NCBI GenBank assembly: GCA_951406725.2
Contig: OX597820.1
Location: forward strand, 87,792,001 to 87,856,000
Direction of reading: 5' to 3'
Source: Octopus vulgaris
Lineage: Eukaryota
DNA length: 64,000 bases
The translations under genes and the position numbers were made by a program. A model generated the notes under the pieces. It had not been told where the DNA came from. It searched no databases and saw only the letters and a program-made list of their open reading frames with translations. Below, in pieces: positions 34,701 through 49,500 of this stretch (position 1 is the stretch's first letter; the number at the start of each line of letters is the position of its first letter).

Positions 34701-37700
34701 ACCAGGTAAAATGCTTAGCAGCATTTCTTCTGACTTTATGTTCTGAGTTCAAATGTTACATGGTTCAACTTTGCCTTTCAACTTTTGGCCAACAAAAGAA
34801 GTACCAGTTGAACTTTGGGTTTAATGTACTTTACTTACCCAGAGAGAGAGAGATTGTTCAAACATAGAAAAAGACACGTAGTGACTTACTTGATAGGAAA
34901 GTTTACAATGGTTGGGTTTTTCTCAGAGACAAAATAATTTTTGGTGAATCGCTGAAAACAGAGCAAGTAATAAGGAATCAACATCACAGATAAATACAAC
35001 TATTATTGTTGACTAATACTGTAGATTTTGTTGCTCAACCCTAGTTCAACCTGACCAAGAAGTCCTGTGGCAAGAAAGGAGTTGACTGAATGACTAAGTG
35101 AGACACACAAACCCATTTTCCCAGTTACACCATAGCTTTGTCCAGCTGAGGCTCCAAACTACATACTCCATCAACAAATGTAGAGGAACAGCCCACTGAC
35201 CAAGTCTGTCATGTCAGATTTCAGTGAGGACATCATCAAGATGTACAGGTGTATACAGAAATATACTGGACAGTGGACAATAATATTGTAACAGCTGCAT
35301 AATGTAATAAGAAACAAAAATCACTCAAGAGTCCTACATCTTGAGCCTCTAGTAATGCAACAGAGCAGCCTATAATGAGCCAGCAGGACAATCTCTAATG
35401 AATCAAGGGAAGCTCACATTGGCTGCAAGAAATAATAGCCAAACCTCCCTTAATCCAGAAAAAGGACATGCTGGATAATGCGATTCAAAGTACACTAGGC
35501 CTGATGAAAGAAGGCGGGATGGTCATGGTTAGAATGAAATGGCTTTGTTGATAGATCAGCTTGAGCAGAGTTGACGAGGGGTTAAACAACAACTATAGAA
35601 TGTGGCTTACACCAACAAAGGAACCCAATTGAGTTTCTCATCCTGCTAGAAACAATAACTAAATTTCTCAGAATTCACTTCCTACAACCTTAAAAAAAGA
35701 GTCACACTGTAATATGGTTTAAGACAGGGCTGACTAACCTGAAGCCCACAGGCGGCAGACTTTTACCTTGCAGCCCACTTGATACTTTCTTGAAATGGAT
35801 TTATTTAAACAAAAATTTATCAAAAATTAAAAAGTGTAATGGAAAGTAATAAAGAAAGATACTACTGTTTTTGCAACGATAATATTTCATGTTGAATCAA
35901 CGATTATTCATTCATTATTGTAATAATAGCATGAGAAAGCAAAATGCTTTCAATTCTGTCAGTGTACAAGTGGCCCTCAAAAAACTCCCTGTGATTGAAG
36001 TAGCCCATATTGTAATTTGAGTTGGCCAGGCCTGGTTTAAGATATACTAAATGTGAGAAAGGAAGGAAAAATGGGATGGCGACAACTAAATCGTCTTTGG
36101 TCATGCATATGCTCAATCAGGGTTAACCGTATTCTCAAAACGAAGGACGGCAGATTAAAATTGGTTTTAACATTTCTTTTTTTTTTTTTTGGTTTCAATG
36201 TGATTTTCCATTTTTAACAGAGTAGAGTGAAATTACATAGCGTGTTGACAGAGAAAAGCTATTATTGTTGCTGATAAACCCTTGGTCAGCTTTGTTCAAG
36301 TTACAACCAAAAACCATTCTAACCATGGACATCCTGTCTTATTTATCAAGCTACTATAGAAAATCATTCCAGCCATGGTCATCCTGTCTTTTTCAAGAGT
36401 TCCTAATACAGTGTATCTAGTATCAAATTATTCTATTTCCATTAAAGACAGTAGAATGTGATTTGAGGGAGGTTTGACTGCTATTTGTAACTGGACAAGA
36501 GAGTAACAGAATACCTCTTGTTTGGCTTGTCAACATAGAAAAGAAGATGATGCTGATAATGGTTATAATAACAATAAATAATGATGAGTGTGTGTGCCAG
36601 TAATGATAATTAGATAAATATTTACCTTGCGCCTACCTAACAAAAAGGAAACACCATAAGCTTGTTTACAAAGTTCTACATGCATAGGCGCAGGAGTGGC
36701 TGTGTGGTAAGTAGCTTGTTTACCAACCACATAGTTCTGGGTTCAGTCCCACTGTGTGGTACCTTGGGCAAGTGTCTTCTGCTATAGCCTCGGGCCGACC
36801 ATAGCCTTGTAGTGGATTTGGTAGACGGAAACTGAAAGAAGCCCATCGTATATATATATGTATATATATGCGTGTGTGTGTGTGTTTGTGTGTCTGTGTT
36901 TGTCCCCTAGCATTGCTTGACAACCGATGCTGGTGTGTTTATGTCCCCGTTACTTAGCGGTTCGGCAAAAGAGACCGATAGAATAAGTACTGGGCTTACA
37001 AACGAATAAGTCCAGGGGTCGAGTTGCTCGATTAAAGGCGGTGCTCCAGCATGGCCGCAGTCAAATGACTGAAATAAGTAAAAGAGTAAAGAGAGAGTAT
37101 GCATGGATAAATTCTAAACAATAACATAACCCCAAATTTAATCATTAAAAACTTTTTCAAAAATACCTTTCCATAATAACCAACTACAAAAACCTAATTA
37201 CCCCACCGCCCAAGGTAATTTTAACTCAACAGAGACTATACAAAGGCAAGACTAATGTAGCGCAGTCTGATAATGGCTTAAGCTGACTGAAATTTTGAAG
37301 TCACTGTCTATAACATTCTTGTATAAGAATAATATATATTTACCTTCACATAGAGGATAATATAAGGTGGCAACTTGAAAATTTTGAATCTCTTCATTGT
37401 AGAGTCTTTGTAAGTTTTATATTCTTTTTCTGTAATGCCATTGAATTTGGCAAGAATGTTAGCCAAAGGAACCTGCGGAATGATATTTTCACGTAAGTCG
37501 TCAGGGTAGAGTGGAGGCGCAGGCAGGTCACAAGTCAGATACAGAAACTGAGTATCTTCTGCTGTTTCTGCAAAATATAAAATGGTAAAACATGACAGAT
37601 GAAGACATTGAAATATGTTTTGGAAATTGTAGGTGAACATTGCTAAATAACGATCTTATTAACCAAATAGTGGCTGAATACATAGTTTGCTATAGCTCAA

Positions 37701-40700
37701 GTTATATATGACATGCTGCCTTGAGCAAATAAACAAATCTCGTTTATTTTATTATCATTACTATTCTACTTCACGCATATTATCATAAATCATGCTGAAC
37801 CTTTTGTCCCTATATAATCTCAACAGTTGTCACCTGCTCTATATCTCCTACTTATCATCCATTCAATGCTGTTCTATATTCCTTATATTCACCCCCTCAT
37901 CCTTTCTCTATCTCTCACTATCTCAAACACTTTTGCAACCTCAGTACACCAAATCTTGGTTATGGTACCCCCCCCATTCACTTCTACCAAGTTTCAGTGT
38001 AGTGAGTATTGTTTGTTCTGGTGTACAAAATAACCCTTCCTGTGAAGGTATCATGACAAAATGCACCCAGTACACTGTAGTTGATGAATGAGTCGAAAAA
38101 GCATAGGTTTCAGATTTGAGAGGTTCTTTTAGTCTTGCCTTGCTAAGGGCATGACAACCTCTCTAGTGCTGGTGGCATAATAAGGAATGTAAAGTGGTTG
38201 GCAAATGGGTAGAGAAAGTGAGGGGACAAGAGGACTCATCGCTCAAGAACATGACAACCTCTCTAATGCTGGTTGCATAAAATGCACTCAGTATATTCAG
38301 TGAAGTGGTTGATGATAGGAAGGGCATCCACCATCTATAGAAACTAAGCCGTAAATGATACTTATAATTCTCGAATCTGCCTAAGAGTAGAGTGGCTCCT
38401 AATAAGTGCTGACTTGAACTGTGATAACTTACCCAATACAGCAAGGAAAGTAGACATACGATGGTGATGGTGTGATAAAGGAATAAAAGAAGTTATGTAG
38501 TCTAGAAATCATATTTGAACAATGTGTCAAATGGATGTTTAACATAGGTCTGATTTGAAATCACAAAAGGGGCTGCTGATAGAGTGGTCAGTTAAGATTC
38601 ATTCAACCCCAAATATATTGTGAGAGATATAAACAGGTAGGTCATCCCTGCTAATGTGTATTTTTTTTTTACTCCAGATGTGCTAACCACATAGTTACAT
38701 ACAAGAAAAAAAAATCAAATTCCAGTATAGTGGTACTTTTGATACAGAACCCATATACTGAACAGAAAGAGACCATCTGAGGTACGCTCCTCACAACCAA
38801 GTGGTCCTCAGAAACTTCAAATCCCAAGTCTAATTTAAATTGAAATCATTCTACAATTTCAACTGAAATTGAAGCATTAGGATAAACACAGCAACAACCA
38901 GGAAATTATGAAATACATATTTGATATCATCCTTCAATAATAAAATCAACTGTTTGACCTTGCACGATCAGAGCTAGCTATCAGCACTATTGATTTGCCA
39001 AAACAATTTTGCACACTATTCTTGATAGTTGAATGAACTAGGACCAAGTGGCAATCAGTAAACATGATTAATTTTTGTTAAACTTGCTATATCTTTTACA
39101 GTGAATGTTCTTGTAAATATATTAATTAATGAACTAACAAAAATATTAATTAAAAATTCTTTACATAATATTCCTGTCAATGTAATTAGTTTTAATTGTT
39201 AAGAGCTTACCTTGGTACTCTTCCATCTGGAGTAGCTTCTCTTTTTCTTCTTCTTTCTGAAATAGGAAGTTTATATAACTTAATAACAATCCTTTCTATT
39301 ATAGACACAAGGCCTCAAATTTTCAGGAAAGGGGCTAGTTGATTACATCGACCCCAGAGTTCAACAGATATTTATCTTATTGACCCCACAAAGGATAAAA
39401 GGCAAAGTCAACTTCAGCAGAATTTGAACACAGAACATAAAGAGAAACAAAATACTACTAAATATTTTTTCTGGCGTGCAAACAATTCTGTGAGCTCATT
39501 GCCTTTCAAAACTTAATAATAAAAATATTAAAAAGAGCATCACTTTGAGAAAAAGGTGTCTATAAAGACCTCAAAACACAGAGACATGGGAATTTGCTGT
39601 ACTTGATAAAACACATCAAGCTAAGTGAAACTGCTGTCTTCCACACATGCTTTTTCAGGTGCTGGTGCCAATCCTGCATAAACACATCCAGCATACTCTG
39701 CTAAGTGGTTGGTGTTGGGAAGGGCATCCAACTGTAGAAACCAAGCCACAACAGACATTTGGAGTCTGGCCAGCTCCATGCCAAACTGTCTAACCCAGGC
39801 AAGAATGGAGAGCAGACGTTAAATGATGATATATATATACATAGGGTCCTTATACTTAGCTCTTATTCTGTCTTCAGTGTGATGCACTTTTTCTTTTAAG
39901 TGTGTGTGTGTAGTTTCTACAGCTGGATGCCCTTCCTAATCCTGACCATTTTACACTTGTGAGACCACCAAGTAACTTGCAAGATGCAAGACAAGATCTC
40001 TTGAGTGAGTGAAACTATAGTAGTGAAGGAAGTGGCTTTGTGTCATGTGTTGAAAGGCTAAAGTATGATAGAGGAACAAGAACAGGTGTTTTGTAGCACA
40101 AGAGATACATGGCTACTCCAGTTTGGAGGAGAGCAAAGATGGTGATGAGGTGTCAGAGTGTATCTCAAGGTAAAAGAAGGTGACTATGAGAGAAGAGAGA
40201 TCGAGGGTCAGAGGGAGAGTGACAAATAGAGATGGGTATAGAGATGAATGCAGTGAATGGTGAACACAGGTGGCAATGTGGTAAATGATGAATACCAGTT
40301 TAGGAGAGGAAGATGATGAAAACAGAAGCGGTTTAAAAAAAGAGGAGGTGATAAGTGTTGTGGAGAGTAGCAGTGTTATAAATTGATAGACAGATGAGAA
40401 ATTGGGAGATAATGCCAAAGGGAGAAGTGAGAGGGACAGACATAGAGGATTTAAGTACAAGGGATTATAATGAGTAAGGAACAAAGGTGGGTGAAGAGAT
40501 GGCTGTCAAGGGAGATCAGAGAGCATAGAACCTTAATGAAGGCTTAGGAACAAATGCTAAGTAGAGCGGTTTACTATTGGCTAAACACTTCTGCAGTTAG
40601 TTGCATTACTAAAAAGAGGGCATCAGTAGTACTTCTTCCTTGCACATAATCAAACTGACTCTCATTTAAGCTAACTCTCTTCTTAATTAGTTGAGTTCTA

Positions 40701-43700
40701 ACTCTTTTTCGAAGTTTCACAACTTGGTCCAGCAATTTGATACCTCTGTAAATTCTTCCCTCCAAGGCATCGTCTTTACCCTGACTGTAATGCCTCTACA
40801 CCAATTATTGAGTATGACACTTGCTTGGACAACCTAATTAACTATACAGGTAACAAAGGCTTTATTCAACTAAGTCAGGTTTTTTAAACTTCCAAGTTAT
40901 TAATCCAAAACAAAATATTTGTGACTGTCTGGTTGATGTTAATTGTGAGCATAACTCATGATCCTCAGGTAAAGAATATTAACCCTTTAGAATTTAAACC
41001 AGCCATATCCATCCCAAATACTTTATGTTTTTTATGTTCCAGCCTATCATACCTACCCTACAATGTCATTCTAAAAAAACAATCACATCATCAAAATTTC
41101 TAAGCTACAAGATAATGCCTGATTAATTATGACTGGCATCCGTGCTAGTGGAGTGCTAAGAGCACCATCCGAGTGTGATCGTTGCCTGGGCAGCTAACTG
41201 GTTTCCATGCCGGTGGCATGTAAAAAGCATCATTTGAGCGTGATCATTACCAGCATCGCCTTACTGGCACTTGTGCTGGTGGCATGAGAAAAAAGACATG
41301 CGAGCGAGGTAGTTGCCAGTGCCGCTAGACTGGCTCCTGTGCAGGTGGCATGTAAAAAACATCATTTGAGCGTGGCCACTGCCAGAACTGCCTGACTGGC
41401 CCTCATGCCAATGGCATGTAAAAGCACCCACTACACTCTCAGAGTGGTTGGTGTTAGGAAGGGCATCCAGCTGTAGAAACTCTGCCAGATCAGATTGGAG
41501 CCTGGTGCAGCCATCTGGTTCGCCAGTCCTCAGTCAATCGTCCAACCCATGCTAGCATGGAAAGCGGACGTTAAACAATGATGATGATGATGATGATGAT
41601 GATTATATTTGATAGAATAATCTGCACACTAAAGGGTTAAAATATGAATCAAATTGATGAATATGGCAATGATAACAGTGGTTCAAACTGTAAACTTACC
41701 AAATCTAGTGGCGGAACTTTGCGAGAATAAACTGTCATTTTACCACGGAAAGTTTTGTTGATGATGCTACTGGAAAGTTTTTTGCTTCCTCCCAAGGCAA
41801 CGTGTAAAGCATTGAGGAACCAAGACATAAAATATACAGCATCACCTAGAATTATATGAAAAAAGAATAAAAATAAACAAACAAAATGTAATGCATGACA
41901 TAAAGGAACGAAACTGGAATCTGAAGAAACTAGAGATGTTCGTTTTGTTTTCATGTTTTCTTCAAAGAAGGGCCTGAAACAGCCAAACCCAACTTTGCTT
42001 TTAACTGACTGACTCAGATAGAAAGAGAGTGAGAAGGTGGATGGATGGATGAATACACAAACAGACGGATGGATGGATGGATGAATGGACAGACAAAGAA
42101 TAATGGTACATTGAAGGAAGAAGTCTAGGCTACACCCTGTCTGGAAAAGAAAAATGTTAGTGATGGTCATGGCTAGAATATCCTTAAACATAGGACTGCT
42201 CCATCAGATTCAACATGAAACTCAACAACAATAGAGAACTGATACTAGCCTCAAAGTAATTCTGATTAAACAGCTCTATGATCAAAGCCATTCCAACCTA
42301 ATTTTTTTTCACATGTAATGTATCCTTTTATTTCTAATAATATGGCAAGAAATGAGTGAGATTTGGTTGCTGTTTCTAACAGGGCAAGCAATCATACAGA
42401 GTTCTCTCTTATGAATTCATAGGATAAGTAGATACAGAAATTGTAGATTTATCAATTCACTGCTAAAGTTTATGTGGGTGTGTATCAATATAGAAATGAT
42501 GATGATGATAATAATAATAATAAATATAATAATAATACATAAGCACAATGTCACAAATTTGAGTGGGAAGGCTGGTGAGGAGGACAATCAGTTTTATTGA
42601 CCTCTTTAATGGGCTGGTACCTTATTCTACTGACCCTGGGAGGCTGAACAGCAAAACTGATTTTCAGTAGGATTTGAACTCAGAGTATAAAGAGTTGACA
42701 TAATGGTTTCAAATTTTGGCATAAGATTAGCAATTTCAGGAGAAGGAGGAAGTCAGTATCATCGACCCAGTGTTTGACAGGTACTTGTTACTCCTTGCCT
42801 TCATTCCCAGCAGATCACCAGTGCCTGACCTCCAATCTGTTGTAGAACCTACCGACCATACATTGACCCTGATCAGCTACAGCCGAATGCACCATGATCC
42901 ATCTTCTTCTCCCATGTGATGTCTCTGGTCTTCATTGACAACGACCGATGAACATTATTATAATTATCTTATCAAGGATGAAAGGTCAATTTGACTTTGG
43001 AAGCATCTAAACTTAGAATGTTAAACCAGAATAAATGCTGCTAAGCATTTTGTCTGGTGTGATAACTATTCTTCCCCCTTGCTGCCTTCAATGTGGGGGG
43101 GCATAATAATAATATTGAGATAAAAGGAGTAGTTATGTTCACTAACCTTGCTCAGTGATTTGAAATTTTTTCTTGCTGCAGAGGACAACAGCTTGAAGCA
43201 TTTCATGGGGACTAACATGAGCTTTGAAATTTTGTGGATTCCATAATTTGCGTAGAAGTTCTCCGAATCTTTGGACAAGAAGAAACATTTGATCACCGGC
43301 TGGACGTCGAATACTTTTATAACTGTCCTCTTGCAGAAAGTAATTCCGCAGAGGAGGTACATGAGAAAGAGCCTAAAACAAGAAATGGAAAACATGTTTG
43401 TAAACATATAATGGACATAAATGGAGATAACAGGGTTTTATCTAGGTCTGGTGTTACAATAAAATGCATCCAGTACAGAGATTGTGAAGTCGGTTGTATA
43501 CATCCTGCTGTATAAACCATACCAAAATGGAAATGTATATGAGTGAAACATGGTCTCTGACATATTTAAAGTAGTTGATAGTCTGAATAAAAAAACTGGA
43601 CAATGATAAACTGTCAAATCCATGGACAGCATACATTAAATGATGATGAGTATGACAATATCCATCTTCTAGAAACCTCATAAAAATTGGTGTCACTCTG

Positions 43701-46461
43701 ATGCAGTAAGTAATTACAACTATATAACATACAGGTATATGTAGAGAATTCAACTGATTTGTATTTCAAGAAAAACAGAGAAAGGATTAAAAAAATATTA
43801 TGTTTCAGATAGAATGTTAAAAAAATAGCGAAATTCCTTACCTGAAGGATGACATTGCAGTAGTCATTGGCTTTTATATTGTTTAAACCAACAATACCTA
43901 GGTAAATGAAGAAACAGAAATAGTTTACTTAAACAGAATTTACATCAAATTGTGCTGACTTCAAAAAATGATGTTTGACAATAAAATACAACACTAGGGC
44001 GCTAAAAATATTAACGTTAACAAAACTATGACAGTGGTTTGAGAGTATTCAGAGCCAGCGTTTTGATGAAATTCACAATTCTGATAACTTGGTTCAAGCA
44101 TGATAAAAACTTCAGAGGGAGAACTTGAGCACAAAGAGTGAATCTGTGTATGAAACAATGGACACGTAGGCTTGAAAACCTGACTTTCGACCGAGCATAG
44201 ATGGAGTCCCATCTGTTGTGCATCCAACCAACTTTCCCCAATCCAGTTCATTTTGCTTGAAAAAAATTGTCCAAAATGTCAAAAATATCTTTTCCTTTCA
44301 CTGTACTGGACAGCTCCTGGCTCAGCAGTAACTCAGTCTTCACAGCATTATTATGCACAAAGCAGACATCATCATCATCATTGTTCGACCGTGGTCGAGA
44401 CAATGGAATTTACCATGCTACGCCAGACTTCACGGTCCATCATGGCATTACGGAGGTCCTGTTGCTGGATGCCTGTATCCCTGGAGATTACATCAGGGTA
44501 GGAGAGTGTGCGCCCTCTGGTATTGCGAGTAGATGGCTTCCAGAGGAGAAGAGTAGAAATTACCTCTTTTTCAGCTCTACAACAATGTCCAGCAAACTGG
44601 ACTCTCTTACCTTTCACAAGAGATGACACAGGTGGTAGTTTCCCATATATTTGCATTTTGGTTGGATGGCGCTTCCAAGAGAGATTTTGAGCTCTCATAA
44701 GGAGGCGAGTGTAGGTTCCATCCAACCGCCTCTCAAGCTTCTTTGATAACGTCCAGATTTCTGAGCCATATAGTAGAATTGATTCGACTGTGGCTTTGAA
44801 GATTTCAAGTTTTCAAGCAGACATAGGCAAGTAGTTGACAGCAGTTGGTGACGTCTGTCAATTTGTCGAGTTGAATGGCAAACCCATACTTTGAGGCTCT
44901 CACTCCCTAAATCACTTGGTCGGCAATGTCGACCGACATCTTTTCGATATGGCACTGTACAGTGGTTAGAGACGGAAACACTCTCCAACATCGCCGTCAC
45001 CTTCTCTCCAATCATGTGCCTGATCAAGATCTTTGCCGCTGGCAAGATGAGAGACTCTGCAATGGCATGCACCTTCATGTTTTTGGCCACCAAGACAGCA
45101 ACTTCATAGGATGCTTTCACAATTCCTCCCCTCTTCTGGTAGATCTGGCCAGTCTCGTCTATGCGCTACTACTTTACGTTCTCGCCAAGTCACTGGAAAT
45201 AACTCTGATCTCGGTCCTTCTTGTCTGTGTGAGTCATCTCAAGACGACGTTTGAGCAGGTTGGGTTTCATGGCTGCATTGGAAAGGGACTTCATGCAGAC
45301 CACACACTGCGGAAGAGCTTCTCCTCCATGTTCGATTGCAATGAAGCCATACTTTATGTACGCAGGGTCATATTTTCACTTTGGCATGTTATTAAATCCC
45401 ATGGAAAAGTAAAAAAAAAAAAAAATCAATCAAGAAAAATATAAAAATAAAAAACATACAAAATAATATTAATACTACTACTAATAATATATATATATAA
45501 TATAAAATTAGGGGTATGAAAATAGCAAATCGCCACCAGATTACCTTGTGTAAAGTAGTAAACATTTTTGTGAAGAAAATATCAACTTGTAACTGCATGT
45601 CTACCTCGCTAGTCCCCAATTAGCCTCTACCCAGCCCAGAGTGAACAAAGACATGCACCAAAAACCAAACAAACAACTGTCATTTATTAATGAGCATATC
45701 ACTCCGAAAGTGCTTACGTACCACAGGTTGGGAGCCACTACCCTATACGATATGTTTCAAGTTACTTTCCATTGACGAAGGGAGATTATTCCCGATGTAT
45801 GTAATTGTAATTGTATATATCAGTGAAATAAAAAGAGAATCGATTGAAACTAACTTTGAAATCGATCTTTCCAACACTTCTCCACAAAAATGTATTTGAC
45901 TCTTCTTGCCATCCTACCAACAGCAAGTTGAAAAACAAAACAAAACAAAAAAAAGAGTTTAACTGGAAGACACAAATACCTCATACACAACATATTTAGT
46001 CAACTCAATAATATCGTATCCGATGGATACATTCTCAAACCACTGAATCTATACGAAGACAACAAAATGGAAGTCAAACTACAATCAAACTGCTGACCAC
46101 CCGACGTGATTTGCAAAGAAAATTTTATTAAAAGCAAGACACAAGTGGAAATAGTTACAAGAAAAGTGAAAAAAGTTGACATCAAAACACAAGAACATAA
46201 GGAAATGTAGATAAATAGAGCATGGAATTTAGGCTCAAAGAGCATCGTCCATAAAGTAATAAAGACATTTACCTGGTAGGTAGGTAGTTCCATCATAAGC
46301 ACGAGATAATTTAGGGTTGGAATCTAACTTCTTAATATGAAAATGGTTGAAAGTTGGATTTAAAACATACTGTGGAGGGAAAAAAAAGAGTAAATGATTT
46401 TTTTGATAAATAAAAAAACAAAACATTTACAAAATTTTAAAATCTCACCCATCAATAGAAA

Positions 46462-46524
<63 letters not shown>

Positions 46525-49500
46525 GTTCAGTAAAAATTTAGATTCAGTTGAATATGGTACTTAAGTTAAAGGCACCAGAATTTGGTATGGTATTATCCAT
46601 ATAATTCAAAATGGGGTGATTATAATCAAAATAAGTAACAAGGATATCCAAAGGTAATGCAGTATGATCGTTTCATGCGACTCCATTTAATTAAACAATG
46701 CAACTATTATATCAGTTTTAAAATGTAGAGTAATCTTATATGCAGCTGAAGATTGCTCTAAATCTTAAAACTGATGTAATACTTGCATTGTTTAATTAAA
46801 TGGAGTCGCATGAAACGATCGTACTGCATTACCTTTGGATATCCTTGTTGCTTATTTTGATTTTATATATATATATATGTGGAGGCGCAATGGCCCAGTG
46901 GTTAGGGCAGCGGACTCGCGGTTTCGATTCCCAGACCGGGCGTTGAGTGTTTATTGAGCGAAAACACCTAAAGGTCCACGAGGCTCCGGCAAGGGATGGT
47001 GGCGATCCCTGCTGTACCCTTTTGCCACAACTCTCTCTCACTCTTTCTTCTGTTGGCCTACTCGCTTAGCCAGTGGGGTGGCATCATTTGAAGGCTAAAA
47101 CAATGCAAAGCGCATTGTGACCAGCGATGTGTAGCAACATCTGATAGCCTGGTCGGTCACGCTGATCACGGTGATATATATATATATATAGACATGTGTG
47201 TATGTATACGTATACACATGCATATATGGTTACATATGTAACTCCATTTGTTCATCTTATAATGCTTTCCCTTCTAGCATTGGTTAAATGGATCCTATTT
47301 TTCAAGTAAGGGATCCTTTATTTCACACATCTTCAAAAGTGCAGAACTATCAGACAATTTGTTGACAGCACCACCATTAGTGAAGGTTTACATTCTGTGA
47401 AGTGCAATACATAAACATTCTCTCTCATACACCCAAACACATGCTGCTGCTGCTGCCACCACTACCACCACTTAACGTCTGTTTTCTATGTTGACATGAG
47501 TTAGACGGTTTGAGTGGAGCTGGTAAGCCACACTCGACTCCAGTTATCTGTTTGGCTCAGTTGCTATGCCAAAACAAAAAAAACATATATTATGTCAGGC
47601 TCTCACACAGGTTCTGTCAATCAAATTAGCTCAAAACTGCAGAAGAAGAAACTATTGTTCACATATAAATGAACTGGAAAAAACAAAACTTGATTTACAA
47701 TTTAGGTATCTTTCTTGCAGTAGGCATCTCTAGGTAGTTACTTTCAGTCATTATATTATCTGATACCTACTTGCTTATATTATTGGACATGAATATATTG
47801 ATTCTCTTATCAATAGTTTAGCAGAGAGATGATTATGCTGAGGAGGTCCAACAAGACTAAAACGTCTTGAGTTATCATCCTTACTTGCACATTAACATAT
47901 TTTCTTTTCACTACATAAGTATTTTATAATAATTTTGCTTTTCCTCTGTTACTTAGCCAGTCTGTAAAGCTTCCATGTGATTAGTTGAAGAGGGAGTGGA
48001 AAGTGGTGGTGAGTGAAATGTGTAAATGTTTTTTTGGAACCAAGTTTTTTAACCCTGTTATTTAGCCTGTCTGTAAAGTTTTTATGTGATTAGTTGAAGG
48101 GAAAGGTAAAAAGCAAAAGAAAAAGGAGAGAGAAAAATAGGGTAAGGTGAAGAGTGAGAAAGAGGCAGAGTGCTGGGTATTAAGTCTATAAAATTGTGCA
48201 TAAAGCATATAAAGAGTATATATATATAAAGTGCATTAAGTAATCATTGTATTCCAATTTCTTTCACTTTTCAATGAGTAACAGATGAGCGACTATCTTT
48301 CCATAGACAACAACACAGGTACACTTTCAGGTTTTTGGATAAAGTTTTCAGAAATAACCCAATAAGTTTACCATTAATTCCATGAAATATTCATGGGTCC
48401 CACTAGCTATTTACTAATTAGATTTGTTTTTGTCCTTACTACATTAAATATGATTATAATAGCACTGATGACTATAATCCAAAAGCTTCAAAAAAGAAAT
48501 TTAATCTGTTTCACAATTAAAATGAGAGAAAGAGAGTCTTACTGTTTGAAATACTTACAATAATATCTTCAAGTGAGGAATCTATAATTTCATAGTTGTC
48601 AGGTAAACAGTAAAATTTCTGTGTTCTTAAATTAAGATAAACTCGATGTCCATCTTGCACACTGTGGGTATATGCATGAGATTTCGTACCACGGCCTAAT
48701 GATAGTAAATAAATAAATAAAATGAAGTAATTCACAACAAACTCATCAAGGGAATAACATTTTGCACTAAATTACATTTCACTGAATGACTTAAGGGATT
48801 TCTGCATCCCTTAAGTCATTTCTGTAGCTGATAAACTCATCAAATGCGATCAGTCTTCAGGCAGCCAATCAAATGTGTATACAAAAATGGAATTGCTAAA
48901 ATTGTACAATGGAATTATGTATCTTTTATCTGTTTTAGTCATTTGACTGCAGCTATGCTGGGGCACTACATTTGATGGGTTTTAGTCAAACAAACTGAGA
49001 CCCCAGGAATTTTGCTTTATTAAAGTCTAATAATTATTCTATCACTCTCTTTTGCTAAACTGCTAAACACACCAACACTTGTTGTCAAGTACTGGTGAGG
49101 GTCAAACACAAGACACACACATATCTATCTATGACAGGCTTCTTTCAGTTTCCCTCAACCTAATCCACTCACAAGGCTTTTGTTGGCCTGAGGCTATAGT
49201 GGAAGAGATTTATCCAAGGTGCCATGCAGTGCAACTGAATCTGGAGCCATGTGGTTGGAAAGCAAGTTTCTTACCACACAGCCGTTTGAGCGTAGCAGTT
49301 ACTAGCATCACCTGACTGGTGTCCGTGTCGGTGACACGTAAAAGCACCAACCGATCGTGGCCGTTTGCTAGCCTGCGACAGTGGCACATAAAAACCACCC
49401 AATGCACTCATGGAGTGGTTGGCATTAGGAAGGGCATCCAGCTGTAGAAACACTGCCAAATCAGACTGGAGCCTGGTGCAGCCTCCATGGCTTACCAGAC

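Noticed and set aside
43066-43753. Several overlapping ORFs around USP39 exon 7
   Set aside because: Alternative-frame or antisense shadows of the real exon 43147-43372.
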